64,000 nucleotides of DNA from positions 40,440 through 104,439 of the forward strand of contig CAYSQJ010000005.1 of the NCBI GenBank assembly GCA_964433345.1, written 5' to 3'. Positions within the stretch are counted from its first letter, which is position 1; every line of letters starts with the position of its first letter. The notes below the pieces were generated by a model. The model made no database searches. It was not told the DNA's origin and saw only the letters and a list, made by a program, of their open reading frames with translations. The translations under genes and the position numbers were made by a program. Origin of the DNA: an uncultured Bordetella sp. (lineage in GTDB: Bacteria > Pseudomonadota > Gammaproteobacteria > Burkholderiales > SG8-41). Shown piece by piece: positions 45,459-54,036 of the stretch.

Positions 45459-46508
45459 ATGTTGGCGGATCAGGATCATCCGCTGCTCGCCGCGGCGGCA
45501 CAGCCCGACGACGCGGTGTTGCGTTCGGCACTGCAGCAGGCGCTGCAAGCGGGTGACGATGCAGGGATCAGGGCCGCGCTCGCCGCGCAGCCGCCGGCCC
45601 GGGCGTGGCGTGCGGCACAGCAGCTCGCGGCGGCACTCGACGCGCAGGGCGAGGGCATCGGCCTGCGCTTTTTTGCAATTCCCCTGGTGATCGTTGCCGG
45701 CGCGCGCAAATCCTGCACGGTGCAGGGCGCGCTGCCCGAGGCGCATGTACTGCGCGGCTTGCTGGAGCAGCACGGCGCCGTCGGTGTCACCCGCAATTTC
45801 GGTCTCGGCAACGCGCTGGTCAGCGCCGAAGCGCTGGATACACTGTCGCCGTCGGCGCTGTGGCGTGTTGCAGCCGATCCGTCGCAGCGCCCGCCGCTGG
45901 AAGCGCTGCAACCGGAACCGATCAAGGTCGCCGGCAGCCGCGAGCAGGTGCATCTCCGCTTCATCACCGGCGCCGGCATTACGCCGCAACATTTGCCGTC
46001 CTTCCTGGAGTCCGCATCCAACATCGGTACCTGGGGCATGGCGATGACCAGGGAACTCGCGCGCCAGCTCGCGCAGCCCGGCCTTGAAATCCTGCCGATG
46101 CCGCGCCCGCCGCAACCGCTGCTGCTCGCTGCCCACGCCGGCCGCCGGGCCCAGCTCGAAGCCGCGCTGAGCCTGTTTCTCGGCAACACGCTGCGCCGAT
46201 TCCGCATGGCCGTCGGCGATCCCGAAGCCGTACTCTCGGCGCACCGCCTCGACAGCGGCGCCGGCGAACTGCGGCTGAGCCTCAGTACGCCGTTTGACGA
46301 TTCGCTGTTTGAGGGGTTCGCCTGGCCGCTGCAGCCGCAGGATGAGACCACGGAGGTGACGCAGCTTTTTCATTCGTCACTCGCTGAGTGCCGTGTAACG
46401 AACGTGACGGTTCTTGACAGGGTTTTGCCGGACCGGTTTGCGGGCGGGGCGGGGTTTGTGGCGGGACGGATGCTGGAGGGATTGACCAGGGAGCCGAAAA
46501 AACATTGA
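45459..46508 (+). CDS. hypothetical protein (349 aa), family not recognised
   Basis: ORF 45384..46508. First ATG at 45459. Codon bias matches the neighbours. Ala/Leu-rich with no TM segment or known motif seen. Confidence 0.5.
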   Translation: MLADQDHPLLAAAAQPDDAVLRSALQQALQAGDDAGIRAALAAQPPARAWRAAQQLAAALDAQGEGIGLRFFAIPLVIVAGARKSCTVQGALPEAHVLRGLLEQHGAVGVTRNFGLGNALVSAEALDTLSPSALWRVAADPSQRPPLEALQPEPIKVAGSREQVHLRFITGAGITPQHLPSFLESASNIGTWGMAMTRELARQLAQPGLEILPMPRPPQPLLLAAHAGRRAQLEAALSLFLGNTLRRFRMAVGDPEAVLSAHRLDSGAGELRLSLSTPFDDSLFEGFAWPLQPQDETTEVTQLFHSSLAECRVTNVTVLDRVLPDRFAGGAGFVAGRMLEGLTREPKKH

Positions 46509-46533
46509 GTCGCTTTGATTCCGGGCGCGGACC

Positions 46534-47877
46534 TTGACTGCCCCTTTCAACGACCGCTTGCCGTTACGCAGTCTGGGTGAGTTGCATGCCCAGTTGACGG
46601 GCTTTGTGCGTGCACGTCTGTGGTTGCAAGTGCTGATTGCGATGTTCCTGGGTGTTGCAGCCGGTGTTGCAATGGGACCGGGCGTCGGGTGGTTGGAACC
46701 TGCCACGGCGCATACCTTGACCAACTGGCTGGCGTTACCCGGACATATGTTCCTGGCAATGATCCAGATGATCGTGATTCCGCTGGTGGTGGCCTCGATT
46801 GTTCTGGGAATGTCGGCGGGTGGAGGTATTGCCGAGTTGCGGCGCACCGGTGTGCGTGTCGTGATGTTTTTTGTATTGACTACAGTTGCGGCTGTGGTGA
46901 TAGGGGCGGCTGTCGCGTTATTGATTCGCCCAGGTGATTATGTGGACCGCCAGCTGATTGCTGGCGTTACCGAGTCTGCACCAATTGTTGCAGTTGAATC
47001 CAAGCCTGAACTGAAGCTGGAGGATTTGCCGGCACGCATTGTCGAGCTGGTGCCGAGCAATCCGTTGCGGGCGGGGATCGATCAAAACATGATGCAGGTC
47101 GTATTGTTTGCCGCGCTGCTCGGCATTGCCCTGATGACCCTGTCAAAAGACAATGCACGACCACTCCTCGATCTGCTGCGCGCGGTGCAGGCGGTGGCGA
47201 TGGTGGTGGTGCATTGGGCCATGTACCTGGTGCCTCTGGCGGTATTCGGACTGCTTGCGCAAATCACCACGCGACTGGGACTCGATGCCTTGCTCGGCAT
47301 GGGCGTCTATGTGCTGACAGTGTTGCTGGGATTGGCCGGCGTGGTCGCGATGTATCTGGCGATCTATGCCTTGAAGCGTCGCGAATCGCCGCTGGTTTTT
47401 TTGCGCGCATCGTCGGAGGTTCTGCTTCTGGCGTTTTCGACCTCCAGTTCAGCCGCCGTGATGCCGGTGTCGCTGCGGACGGCCGAAGACAAGCTGGGGA
47501 TCAGCCCGAGCCTGGCGCAGTTTGTGATTCCGCTCGGTGTCACCATCAACATGGCAGGCACGGCCCTGTACCAGGTCGTTGCGACGCTGTTTTTGGCGCA
47601 GGTCTTCGGTGTGGATATTGACCTCGGCGGGATACTGCTGATCGTGGTACTGGCAGTCGGCGCATCCATCGGTTCGCCCGGCACGCCCGGAGTTGGTATC
47701 GTGATCCTCGCCATGCTCCTCGGCAGCGTCGGCATTCCGGCGAGCGGCATTGCGCTGATCATTGGTGTGGACCGGATGCTCGACATGTGCCGTACCACGG
47801 TGAACGTTGCCGGGGATTTGATTGCTTGCACGGTGCTGGACGGCAAAAATCAGGATTCAGCTGCACAGCCAGGATAA
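46534..47877 (+). CDS. dicarboxylate/amino acid:cation symporter (DAACS/SDF family)
   Basis: 447 aa with TTG start. SDF-family blocks (NMAGTALYQ, VDRMLDMCRTTVNVAGD). Third-position GC is visibly lower than in the neighbours. Confidence 0.8.
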   Translation: MTAPFNDRLPLRSLGELHAQLTGFVRARLWLQVLIAMFLGVAAGVAMGPGVGWLEPATAHTLTNWLALPGHMFLAMIQMIVIPLVVASIVLGMSAGGGIAELRRTGVRVVMFFVLTTVAAVVIGAAVALLIRPGDYVDRQLIAGVTESAPIVAVESKPELKLEDLPARIVELVPSNPLRAGIDQNMMQVVLFAALLGIALMTLSKDNARPLLDLLRAVQAVAMVVVHWAMYLVPLAVFGLLAQITTRLGLDALLGMGVYVLTVLLGLAGVVAMYLAIYALKRRESPLVFLRASSEVLLLAFSTSSSAAVMPVSLRTAEDKLGISPSLAQFVIPLGVTINMAGTALYQVVATLFLAQVFGVDIDLGGILLIVVLAVGASIGSPGTPGVGIVILAMLLGSVGIPASGIALIIGVDRMLDMCRTTVNVAGDLIACTVLDGKNQDSAAQPG

Positions 47878-48015
47878 GCCGCTCTCCCGGGAGGAGTTGC
47901 TCCGCGGTGCACAGCGTTGCAAGCTGTCGTGTTCCGCTGGAGGAGCATTACGTGATCTTTTCACGGCTGAAAATGATTGCTGGTCCGTACCCCCGAAACT
48001 GCTACAGTGCGCGCC

Positions 48016-48996
48016 ATGAAACCCTATGCCGCACTGAATCCCGAACTCATACTCGACGCCATCGAATCCAGCTGCGGCCTGCGCTGTGACGGCCGCCTGC
48101 AGGCGCTGAACAGCTACGAAAACCGCGTCTACCAGGTGTGGCTGGACGACGGCCAGTCCATTGTCGCGAAGTTCTACCGGCCGCAGCGCTGGAGTACCGA
48201 AGCCATCCAGGAAGAGCAGGACTTCGCCACTGAACTTGCCGCGCGCGAGCTGCCGGTGGTGGCGCCGCTGGTTTTCAAGGGTCGCACGCTGCACGAACAC
48301 GGCGGTTTCCAGTTCGCGCTGACGCCGCGCCGCGGCGGGCGCACACCGGAATTTGATGACCCGGAGACGCTGCAGTGGATGGGGCGCTTCATTGCCCGCA
48401 TTCATGCAGTGGGTGAGGTAAAGCCCTTTGTGCATCGCCCGACGCTGGACATCGAATCCTTCGCCTACGAGCCGGTGCAGTTCGTGCTCGACAGCGAGTT
48501 CGTGCCGGATGACCTCTATGACACCTATGCCAGCGTTGTCGAAGACGTGGTCGAAAGAATCGAACGGCGCTGGGAAACCGCCGGCAAGGTCCGGCAAATC
48601 CGGCTTCACGGCGACTGCCATGCCGGCAACGTGCTGTGGACCGACGAGGGGCCGCATTTCGTCGACCTCGACGATGCGCGCATGGGGCCTGCGGTGCAGG
48701 ACCTGTGGATGTGCCTGTCGGGCGACCGCAAGTCGCAGCAGGCCCAACTGCTGCATTTGCTCGAGGGTTACTGCGAGTTCCGCGAATTTGATGCAGGGGA
48801 ACTGATGCTGGTGGAGGCGCTGCGCACGCTGCGCATGGTGCATTACGCGGGCTGGCTGGCGCGGCGCTGGGACGATCCCGCCTTCCCGGCGAGCTTTCCC
48901 TTTTTCAATACCCAGCGTTATTGGCAGGACCACATCCTCTCGCTGCGCGAACAGGCCGCGGCGCTGGACGAATCGCCGCTGCAATGGCTGCGCTGA
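48016..48996 (+). CDS. srkA: stress-response serine/threonine kinase SrkA (YihE/RdoA family)
   Basis: ORF 47977..48996. ATG at 48016. LNSYENRVYQV, KFYRPQRWS and HGDCHAGNVLW blocks match YihE as I recall it. Confidence 0.8.
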   Translation: MKPYAALNPELILDAIESSCGLRCDGRLQALNSYENRVYQVWLDDGQSIVAKFYRPQRWSTEAIQEEQDFATELAARELPVVAPLVFKGRTLHEHGGFQFALTPRRGGRTPEFDDPETLQWMGRFIARIHAVGEVKPFVHRPTLDIESFAYEPVQFVLDSEFVPDDLYDTYASVVEDVVERIERRWETAGKVRQIRLHGDCHAGNVLWTDEGPHFVDLDDARMGPAVQDLWMCLSGDRKSQQAQLLHLLEGYCEFREFDAGELMLVEALRTLRMVHYAGWLARRWDDPAFPASFPFFNTQRYWQDHILSLREQAAALDESPLQWLR

Positions 48997-49820
48997 ATTC
49001 ACTGCTGCGCATCGTCATCATCGGTGTCGCGGCCTGGGCCATCGTCGTTGCCTGGGTCTGGCTGACGCAGGACCGGCTGGTGTATTTCCCCCAGGTCGGC
49101 CGTGACAATCCGGCGACACCCGCTGCAGCGGGACTGCGTTTCGAGAACCTGCGGCTCAAAACTGAAGACGGCGAGACGCTGGCGGCGTGGTGGGTGCCGG
49201 CGACAGCGGGCAAGCCACGCGGCGCGGTGCTGCTGCTGCACGGCAACGCCGGCAGCATCGCTGACCGCATCATCTACCTGCCGCAGTTCACGGCGATGGG
49301 TTACGGCGTGCTGCTGGTCGATTACCGTGGTTATGGCCGCAGCAGCGGTTCACCGGATGAGGAAGGCACTTATGCCGATGCGCGCGCCGCCTGGCGCTGG
49401 CTCAATGAACGCGGTTTTGCTGCCGGGGACACAGTGCTGGTCGGTGAATCTCTGGGCGGCGCGGTGGCGGCGGAACTCGCGGCACGCGTGCAGCCGCGGG
49501 CTCTGCTGTTGCTGTCGACTTTCACGTCGGTCGACGACCTCGGCAGCGAACTCTATCCCTGGCTGCCGGTGCGCTGGATCAGCCGCTTCCGCTACGACAC
49601 GCTGCAGGGTGTGAAGGATTATCGCGGGCCGGTGCTGGTGGTACACAGCCGGGATGACGAGATCGTGCCTTTTGCGCATGCCCGGCGGCTGCAGGCGGCT
49701 GCGGGTGCGCGAGGACGACTTCTCGAAATGCGCGGCGGGCACAATGATGCTTTTGTGTTCGGCAAACCGGAGCAGGTCGCGGCGGTGGCCGCGTTTCTCC
49801 GCAGTGCTGCTCCGATGTGA
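48984..49820 (+). CDS. alpha/beta-fold hydrolase with N-terminal membrane anchor
   Basis: ORF 48921..49820. ATG at 48984 overlaps srkA by 13 nt. Nucleophile elbow GESLGG. N-terminal hydrophobic segment. Confidence 0.75.
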   Translation: MAALNSLLRIVIIGVAAWAIVVAWVWLTQDRLVYFPQVGRDNPATPAAAGLRFENLRLKTEDGETLAAWWVPATAGKPRGAVLLLHGNAGSIADRIIYLPQFTAMGYGVLLVDYRGYGRSSGSPDEEGTYADARAAWRWLNERGFAAGDTVLVGESLGGAVAAELAARVQPRALLLLSTFTSVDDLGSELYPWLPVRWISRFRYDTLQGVKDYRGPVLVVHSRDDEIVPFAHARRLQAAAGARGRLLEMRGGHNDAFVFGKPEQVAAVAAFLRSAAPM

Positions 49821-49822
49821 TT

Positions 49823-49842
49823 TTAAGTATATGATTTTATTT
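49823..49842 (+). repeat. AT-rich dispersed core motif, copy 7 (TTAAGTATATGATTTTATTT)
   Basis: Fills the 30-nt gap between the hydrolase stop (49820) and the patatin start (49851). Confidence 0.7.
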
Positions 49843-49850
49843 GTAAATAT

Positions 49851-50651
49851 ATGAAAAGCGAACTCAAGGTCGGCATCGCCCTCGGCGCGGGTTCGGCCCG
49901 CGGCTGGGCACATATCGGCGTGCTGCGCGCGCTGGCCAAGGCCGGCATTCGACCGCAAATCATCTGCGGCTCCTCGATCGGTGCTCTTGTCGGCGCCGTG
50001 CATGCGGCGGGACAGCTCGACGCGCTGGAAGAGTGGGTGCTGGGACTGACCTGGCGCAAGGTGCTCGGTTTTTTCGACATCAGCTTCGATGGCGGCTTCC
50101 TGAAAGGCGCGAAGCTGATTGCCTATCTCGAAGACCATTTGCTCGACCGCTCGATCGAGGAACTGGAGTTGCCCTTCGGTGCTGTCGCCACCGACCTGCG
50201 CAGCGGCCGCGAAATTTGGCTGCGCGAAGGGCGGGCGGCCGATGCCGTGCGTGCCTCGATCGCATTGCCGGGGCTGTTCACGCCTTTCGTGCTCGACGAC
50301 CGCCTGCTGGTCGACGGCGCGCTGGTGAATCCGGTTCCGGTGTCCCTGTGCCGCGCGATGGGTGCTGACATCGTGATCGGTGTCGATCTCGGCGGCGGGC
50401 GCATGGCGCGCCGCGCCGGTGCCGCGCGCCGTGACAGGTCGCTGAACATGATCGAGGTGGTCGCCGAGAGCATCAACATCATGCAGGTGCGGATTACCCG
50501 CAGCCGCCTTGCCGGAGAGCCTGCCGATGTGCTGGTTACGCCGCTGCTCGAGGACATCGGCACCATGGAATACCACCGCGCGGCCGAGTCCATTGCCGAG
50601 GGGCATGCCGCGGCGGAACTCGCGCTGCCGCAGATCAGGCGACTGTTGTAG
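49851..50651 (+). CDS. patatin-like phospholipase (RssA-like)
   Basis: 266 aa. Oxyanion GAGSARG, serine lipase motif GSSIG and a DGA/DGG-type catalytic Asp context (LVDGALVN). Confidence 0.85.
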   Translation: MKSELKVGIALGAGSARGWAHIGVLRALAKAGIRPQIICGSSIGALVGAVHAAGQLDALEEWVLGLTWRKVLGFFDISFDGGFLKGAKLIAYLEDHLLDRSIEELELPFGAVATDLRSGREIWLREGRAADAVRASIALPGLFTPFVLDDRLLVDGALVNPVPVSLCRAMGADIVIGVDLGGGRMARRAGAARRDRSLNMIEVVAESINIMQVRITRSRLAGEPADVLVTPLLEDIGTMEYHRAAESIAEGHAAAELALPQIRRLL

Positions 50652-50671
50652 AACGATCGCCCGCAGGCGAC

Positions 50672-51448
50672 TCAGTCAAGGCCCAGCGCGTCGCGGGTGT
50701 TGCGGACCAGGGTTTTGGGCGCGATCGGCTTGTTGAGGTAGCCGGAAGCGCCATAGGCCAGCGCGGCCACGATGTCGTCGCGTTCGGCGCGTGCCGTGAC
50801 GACGATGATCGGCGTGTCCTTGTACTCCGCGTGCTCGCGGATCTTGCCGAGGACGTCGAGACCAACGACATCACGCAGGTCGACATCCATGATGATCAGG
50901 TCGGGTAGCGGCGTCTTGCCCATGGCCGCGGCGATCTCATTGCGCGTGCCGGCGCCTCGCACGTCGAAGCCGTTCTGCATCAGCGCGCGGGCGGCGGCCA
51001 GCGCTTCCGCCTCGTGGCTGTCGATGACCAGCACGACATGCTTGCCGCCGCCACGCGGCGGTACCGGCTTGCCGGGCCGGTTGAGGATGCTGATCTGGTA
51101 GCCGGCCTTCAGCCTGCGGACACCGGAGATGGTGGTTTCGGCATGCCGCAGCTGCTCCAGCGTAGGCTCCTTCGGGCGCTCGCTGAGAAAGTTTTCCAGC
51201 TCGCGCACGGCGGGCGGCGGTGCGGCTCCCTTTTCCGGCAGCAGTTCGAGGTATCCGTCCTTGACCAGCAGCGCCAGTGCGCCACCGATGTCGCCGGCAC
51301 GCGGGAAACGCGCCCGCAGCTCGGAAACCGTTGCCTGCTGGCCGACGGCCGCGAGCAGACCCTTGGTGCCGGGTTTCAGCAGGCCGGGCCTGGCCGCGAT
51401 TTCGGCTTTTCCCTTGGCGGTGGTGGTGTAGGCAACGTTGTCGGTCAT
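50672..51448 (-). CDS. response regulator: unusual N-terminal wHTH-like module plus C-terminal receiver domain
   Basis: ORF 50672..51481. ATG at 51448. Receiver domain from about residue 137 (VVLVIDS...LIIMDVDL...IVVTA...YLNKP). The N-terminal ~70 aa resemble the N-terminus of 54037..57291. Confidence 0.75.
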   Translation of the reverse strand: MTDNVAYTTTAKGKAEIAARPGLLKPGTKGLLAAVGQQATVSELRARFPRAGDIGGALALLVKDGYLELLPEKGAAPPPAVRELENFLSERPKEPTLEQLRHAETTISGVRRLKAGYQISILNRPGKPVPPRGGGKHVVLVIDSHEAEALAAARALMQNGFDVRGAGTRNEIAAAMGKTPLPDLIIMDVDLRDVVGLDVLGKIREHAEYKDTPIIVVTARAERDDIVAALAYGASGYLNKPIAPKTLVRNTRDALGLD

Positions 51449-51645
51449 TTTGGTGTCGGTGATTGCGCAGGCTCCTGGCATGGTCGGCGATGGCCGGCAA
51501 ACATGTCAAACCCGCTGAATCCGCTGATTTGATGATGCTGAATTGACCTGCCTGGCGAAGCCATGTTCCCGCAAGCCGGCAGAAAGCACGCGAGTTTACT
51601 GCAAAGACGGCGGCAAAAGACGGTGTCCATCGTACACTTGCGGCC

Positions 51646-52479
51646 ATGGATGCATGGCGCGACGGTTTTGCCGACGGTTTCCCGCTGCTGTGGCCGCTGC
51701 GCGATGCCGCGGCGGCTGCGCAGGGCGCAGACTGGCCGTCCCGCGCCGCGATGCAGCGCGCGCTGGACGCGGCGGGAGCAAGGACTGCATCGGGCCTGCC
51801 GCTCAGGCTGGTTGCCCCGATGCCGGACGGTCTGTCCTACGAGCAACGTCTGTTTTGCCGCGGCGAACTCGAATTCCGTGAACGCAGCTGGCACGACCTG
51901 TTCAATGTGCTGGTGTGGCTCGGTTTTCCGCGCGCGAAGGCGGCGCTCAATGCGCGGCATCATGCGGCGCCGGCGGTGTCACAGGGCCGCGGCCCGGTGC
52001 GCGATGCGCTGACACTGTTCGATGAAAGCGGACTGATCGTGCTGTCGGCGGATGCGCACCTGCTGGAAATGATCCGCGGCTTTTGCTGGAAGTCACTGTT
52101 CTGGACACACCGCGCGCAGGTCATCGACGGCATGCGGTGTCTGCCCTTCGGGCATGCGCTGTGCGAAAAGGCGCTGTCGCCGTACAAGGGCATGACCGGG
52201 CACAGCCTGCTGTTCGATGTCGATCAGGATTTTCTCGGTCTTTCCCCTGCCGCGCAGTTGCGGGAGGTCGATGCCCGTGTTGCCGCGCATCTTGCCGATC
52301 CGGCCGCCATGCTCGACACGCGGGAACTCGCGCCGCTGCCGGTGCTGGGCATTCCGGGCTGGTGCGCGGACAACGGGCGGGAAGATTATTACGACGACCG
52401 CCGGCATTTCCGGCCGGGACGCAGGACGCGGGAGCGGCGACATGCAAACGTGCCATTGCCGGTGAAAGGAGAGGCATGA
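51646..52479 (+). CDS. DUF3025-like hypothetical protein
   Basis: 277 aa. The [24 protein letters not shown] block resembles DUF3025 as I recall it. ATGA overlap with dtd. Confidence 0.55.
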   Translation: MDAWRDGFADGFPLLWPLRDAAAAAQGADWPSRAAMQRALDAAGARTASGLPLRLVAPMPDGLSYEQRLFCRGELEFRERSWHDLFNVLVWLGFPRAKAALNARHHAAPAVSQGRGPVRDALTLFDESGLIVLSADAHLLEMIRGFCWKSLFWTHRAQVIDGMRCLPFGHALCEKALSPYKGMTGHSLLFDVDQDFLGLSPAAQLREVDARVAAHLADPAAMLDTRELAPLPVLGIPGWCADNGREDYYDDRRHFRPGRRTRERRHANVPLPVKGEA

Positions 52480-52925
52480 TTGGATTGCTGCAGCGGGTCA
52501 GTGCGGGCGAGGTCGTGATCGAGGGACGGGTGGTCGGCGCCATCGGCCGCGGCCTGCTGGTGCTGCTCGGTGTGGAGGCAGGCGATACCGAGGCCGAGGC
52601 GGACAGGCTGCTCGGGCGCCTGCTCGATTACCGGGTGTTCGCGGATGCCGAAGGCAGGATGAATCTGTCGCTGCGCGATGTCGGCGGCGGCCTGCTGCTG
52701 GTACCCCAGTTCACGCTGGCGGCGGACACGCGCAAGGGTCTGCGCCCGGGCTTCTCGACGGCGGCGGCGCCGGAGCAGGGGCGGCGGCTGTTCGAGCACG
52801 TGGTCGCCTCAGCCCATGCTCTGCACGCGCCGGTGGCCCAGGGCGAATTCGGCGCGGACATGAAGGTCACGCTGACCAACGATGGTCCGGTGACCTTCTG
52901 GCTGCAGGTGCGCCCGCCGGCATGA
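52476..52925 (+). CDS. dtd: D-aminoacyl-tRNA deacylase
   Basis: Lies in ORF 52083..52925. ATG at 52476. MIGLLQRV...GLLVLLGV...LLLVPQFTL...[16 protein letters not shown] is the canonical Dtd pattern. 149 aa. Confidence 0.85.
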   Translation: MIGLLQRVSAGEVVIEGRVVGAIGRGLLVLLGVEAGDTEAEADRLLGRLLDYRVFADAEGRMNLSLRDVGGGLLLVPQFTLAADTRKGLRPGFSTAAAPEQGRRLFEHVVASAHALHAPVAQGEFGADMKVTLTNDGPVTFWLQVRPPA

Positions 52926-52982
52926 ATTCACGGGTAGAATCCGCCAGCGCTGCCATCAGACGTTTGGGTGCATTAAATTTAT

Positions 52983-53002
52983 AAATAAAATCAGATAGTT
53001 AT
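52983..53002 (-). repeat. AT-rich dispersed core motif, copy 8 (reverse strand ATAACTATCTGATTTTATTT)
   Basis: Lies between dtd and the htpX promoter region. Confidence 0.7.
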
Positions 53003-53028
53003 AATTATTTTCGGACGACGGCGAGGTA

Positions 53029-53056
53029 CTTGAACTTGCGTGTGCCGGCCTCATCT
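53029..53056 (+). promoter_or_regulatory. sigma-32 (RpoH)-type heat-shock promoter candidate for htpX
   Basis: CTTGAA (53029-53034), a 14-nt spacer, then CCTCATCT (53049-56), compared with the E. coli consensus CTTGAA-N13-15-CCCCATNT. Lies 42 nt upstream of the htpX ATG. Confidence 0.55.
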
Positions 53057-53097
53057 AAGGACCGTTGCCCAATCACATTTCTGGAGCCTGTGAACCT

Positions 53098-53973
53098 ATG
53101 AAACGTGTCTTTCTGCTGATTGCCACCAACTTCGCGATCCTCGCGGTGCTCAGCGTGACCATGCAGTTGCTGGGGATCGACGCTGCTCTGGAAAACGAGG
53201 CCGGGCTCAATCTCCAGGGCCTGCTGGTCTTCGCCGCCATCTTCGGTTTCGGCGGCGCGTTCATTTCGCTGTTCATCTCGAAATGGATGGCCAAGCGGTC
53301 GATGGGCGTGCACGTGATCGAGGTGCCGTCGAACATGACCGAGCGCTGGCTGGTCGACACCGTCAAGCGTCAGGCCGAGCGTGCCGGCATCGGCATGCCG
53401 GAAGTCGGCATCTACGATGCGCCCGACGTCAATGCCTTTGCCACCGGCTGGAACCGCAATGACGCACTGGTCGCGGTCAGCACCGGCCTGCTCAACAACA
53501 TGAGCCAGGAGGAGGCCGAGGCCGTGCTCGGTCACGAAGTGAGCCATGTCGCCAACGGCGACATGGTGACGCTGACGCTGATCCAGGGCGTGGTCAATAC
53601 TTTCGTCATTTTCCTGTCGCGCGTGATCGGCTTTTTCGTCGATCGCGTGCTGCTTAAAAACGAGCGCGGACAGGGGCCCGGCTTCTTCATCGCGACCATG
53701 GTTGCGCAACTGGTGTTGGGCGTGCTGGCGAGCATGGTCGTCGCCTGGTTCAGCCGGCAGCGTGAATTCCGCGCTGACGCCGGCGGCGCAGAACTGGCCG
53801 GTCGCCAGAAGATGATCGCCGCGCTGGAGCGGCTCAAGGTGAACCACGAGCAGACCGCATTGCCGGCGCAGATGGCGGCCTTCGGCATCTCGGGCGGTGG
53901 CGGCATGGCACGGTTGTTCATGTCGCATCCGCCGCTGGACGAGCGCATCGAGGCGCTGCGCAACAGCCGCTGA
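53098..53973 (+). CDS. htpX: membrane zinc metalloprotease HtpX
   Basis: ORF 53065..53973. ATG at 53098. HEVSH zinc motif, NAFATG block, TM topology and size are typical of HtpX. Confidence 0.9.
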   Translation: MKRVFLLIATNFAILAVLSVTMQLLGIDAALENEAGLNLQGLLVFAAIFGFGGAFISLFISKWMAKRSMGVHVIEVPSNMTERWLVDTVKRQAERAGIGMPEVGIYDAPDVNAFATGWNRNDALVAVSTGLLNNMSQEEAEAVLGHEVSHVANGDMVTLTLIQGVVNTFVIFLSRVIGFFVDRVLLKNERGQGPGFFIATMVAQLVLGVLASMVVAWFSRQREFRADAGGAELAGRQKMIAALERLKVNHEQTALPAQMAAFGISGGGGMARLFMSHPPLDERIEALRNSR

Positions 53974-53986
53974 TCGCTCTTTGCTG

Positions 53987-54017
53987 AAAAAAACCGCGCC
54001 CTCGGGCGCGGTTTTTT
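53987..54017. terminator. Bidirectional Rho-independent terminator between htpX and 54037..57291
   Basis: A7-CCGCGCC-CTCG-GGCGCGG-T6, with a symmetric A-run and T-run, lying between convergent stops. Confidence 0.75.
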
Positions 54018-54036
54018 ATTGGGCCCGAACCGCAGT

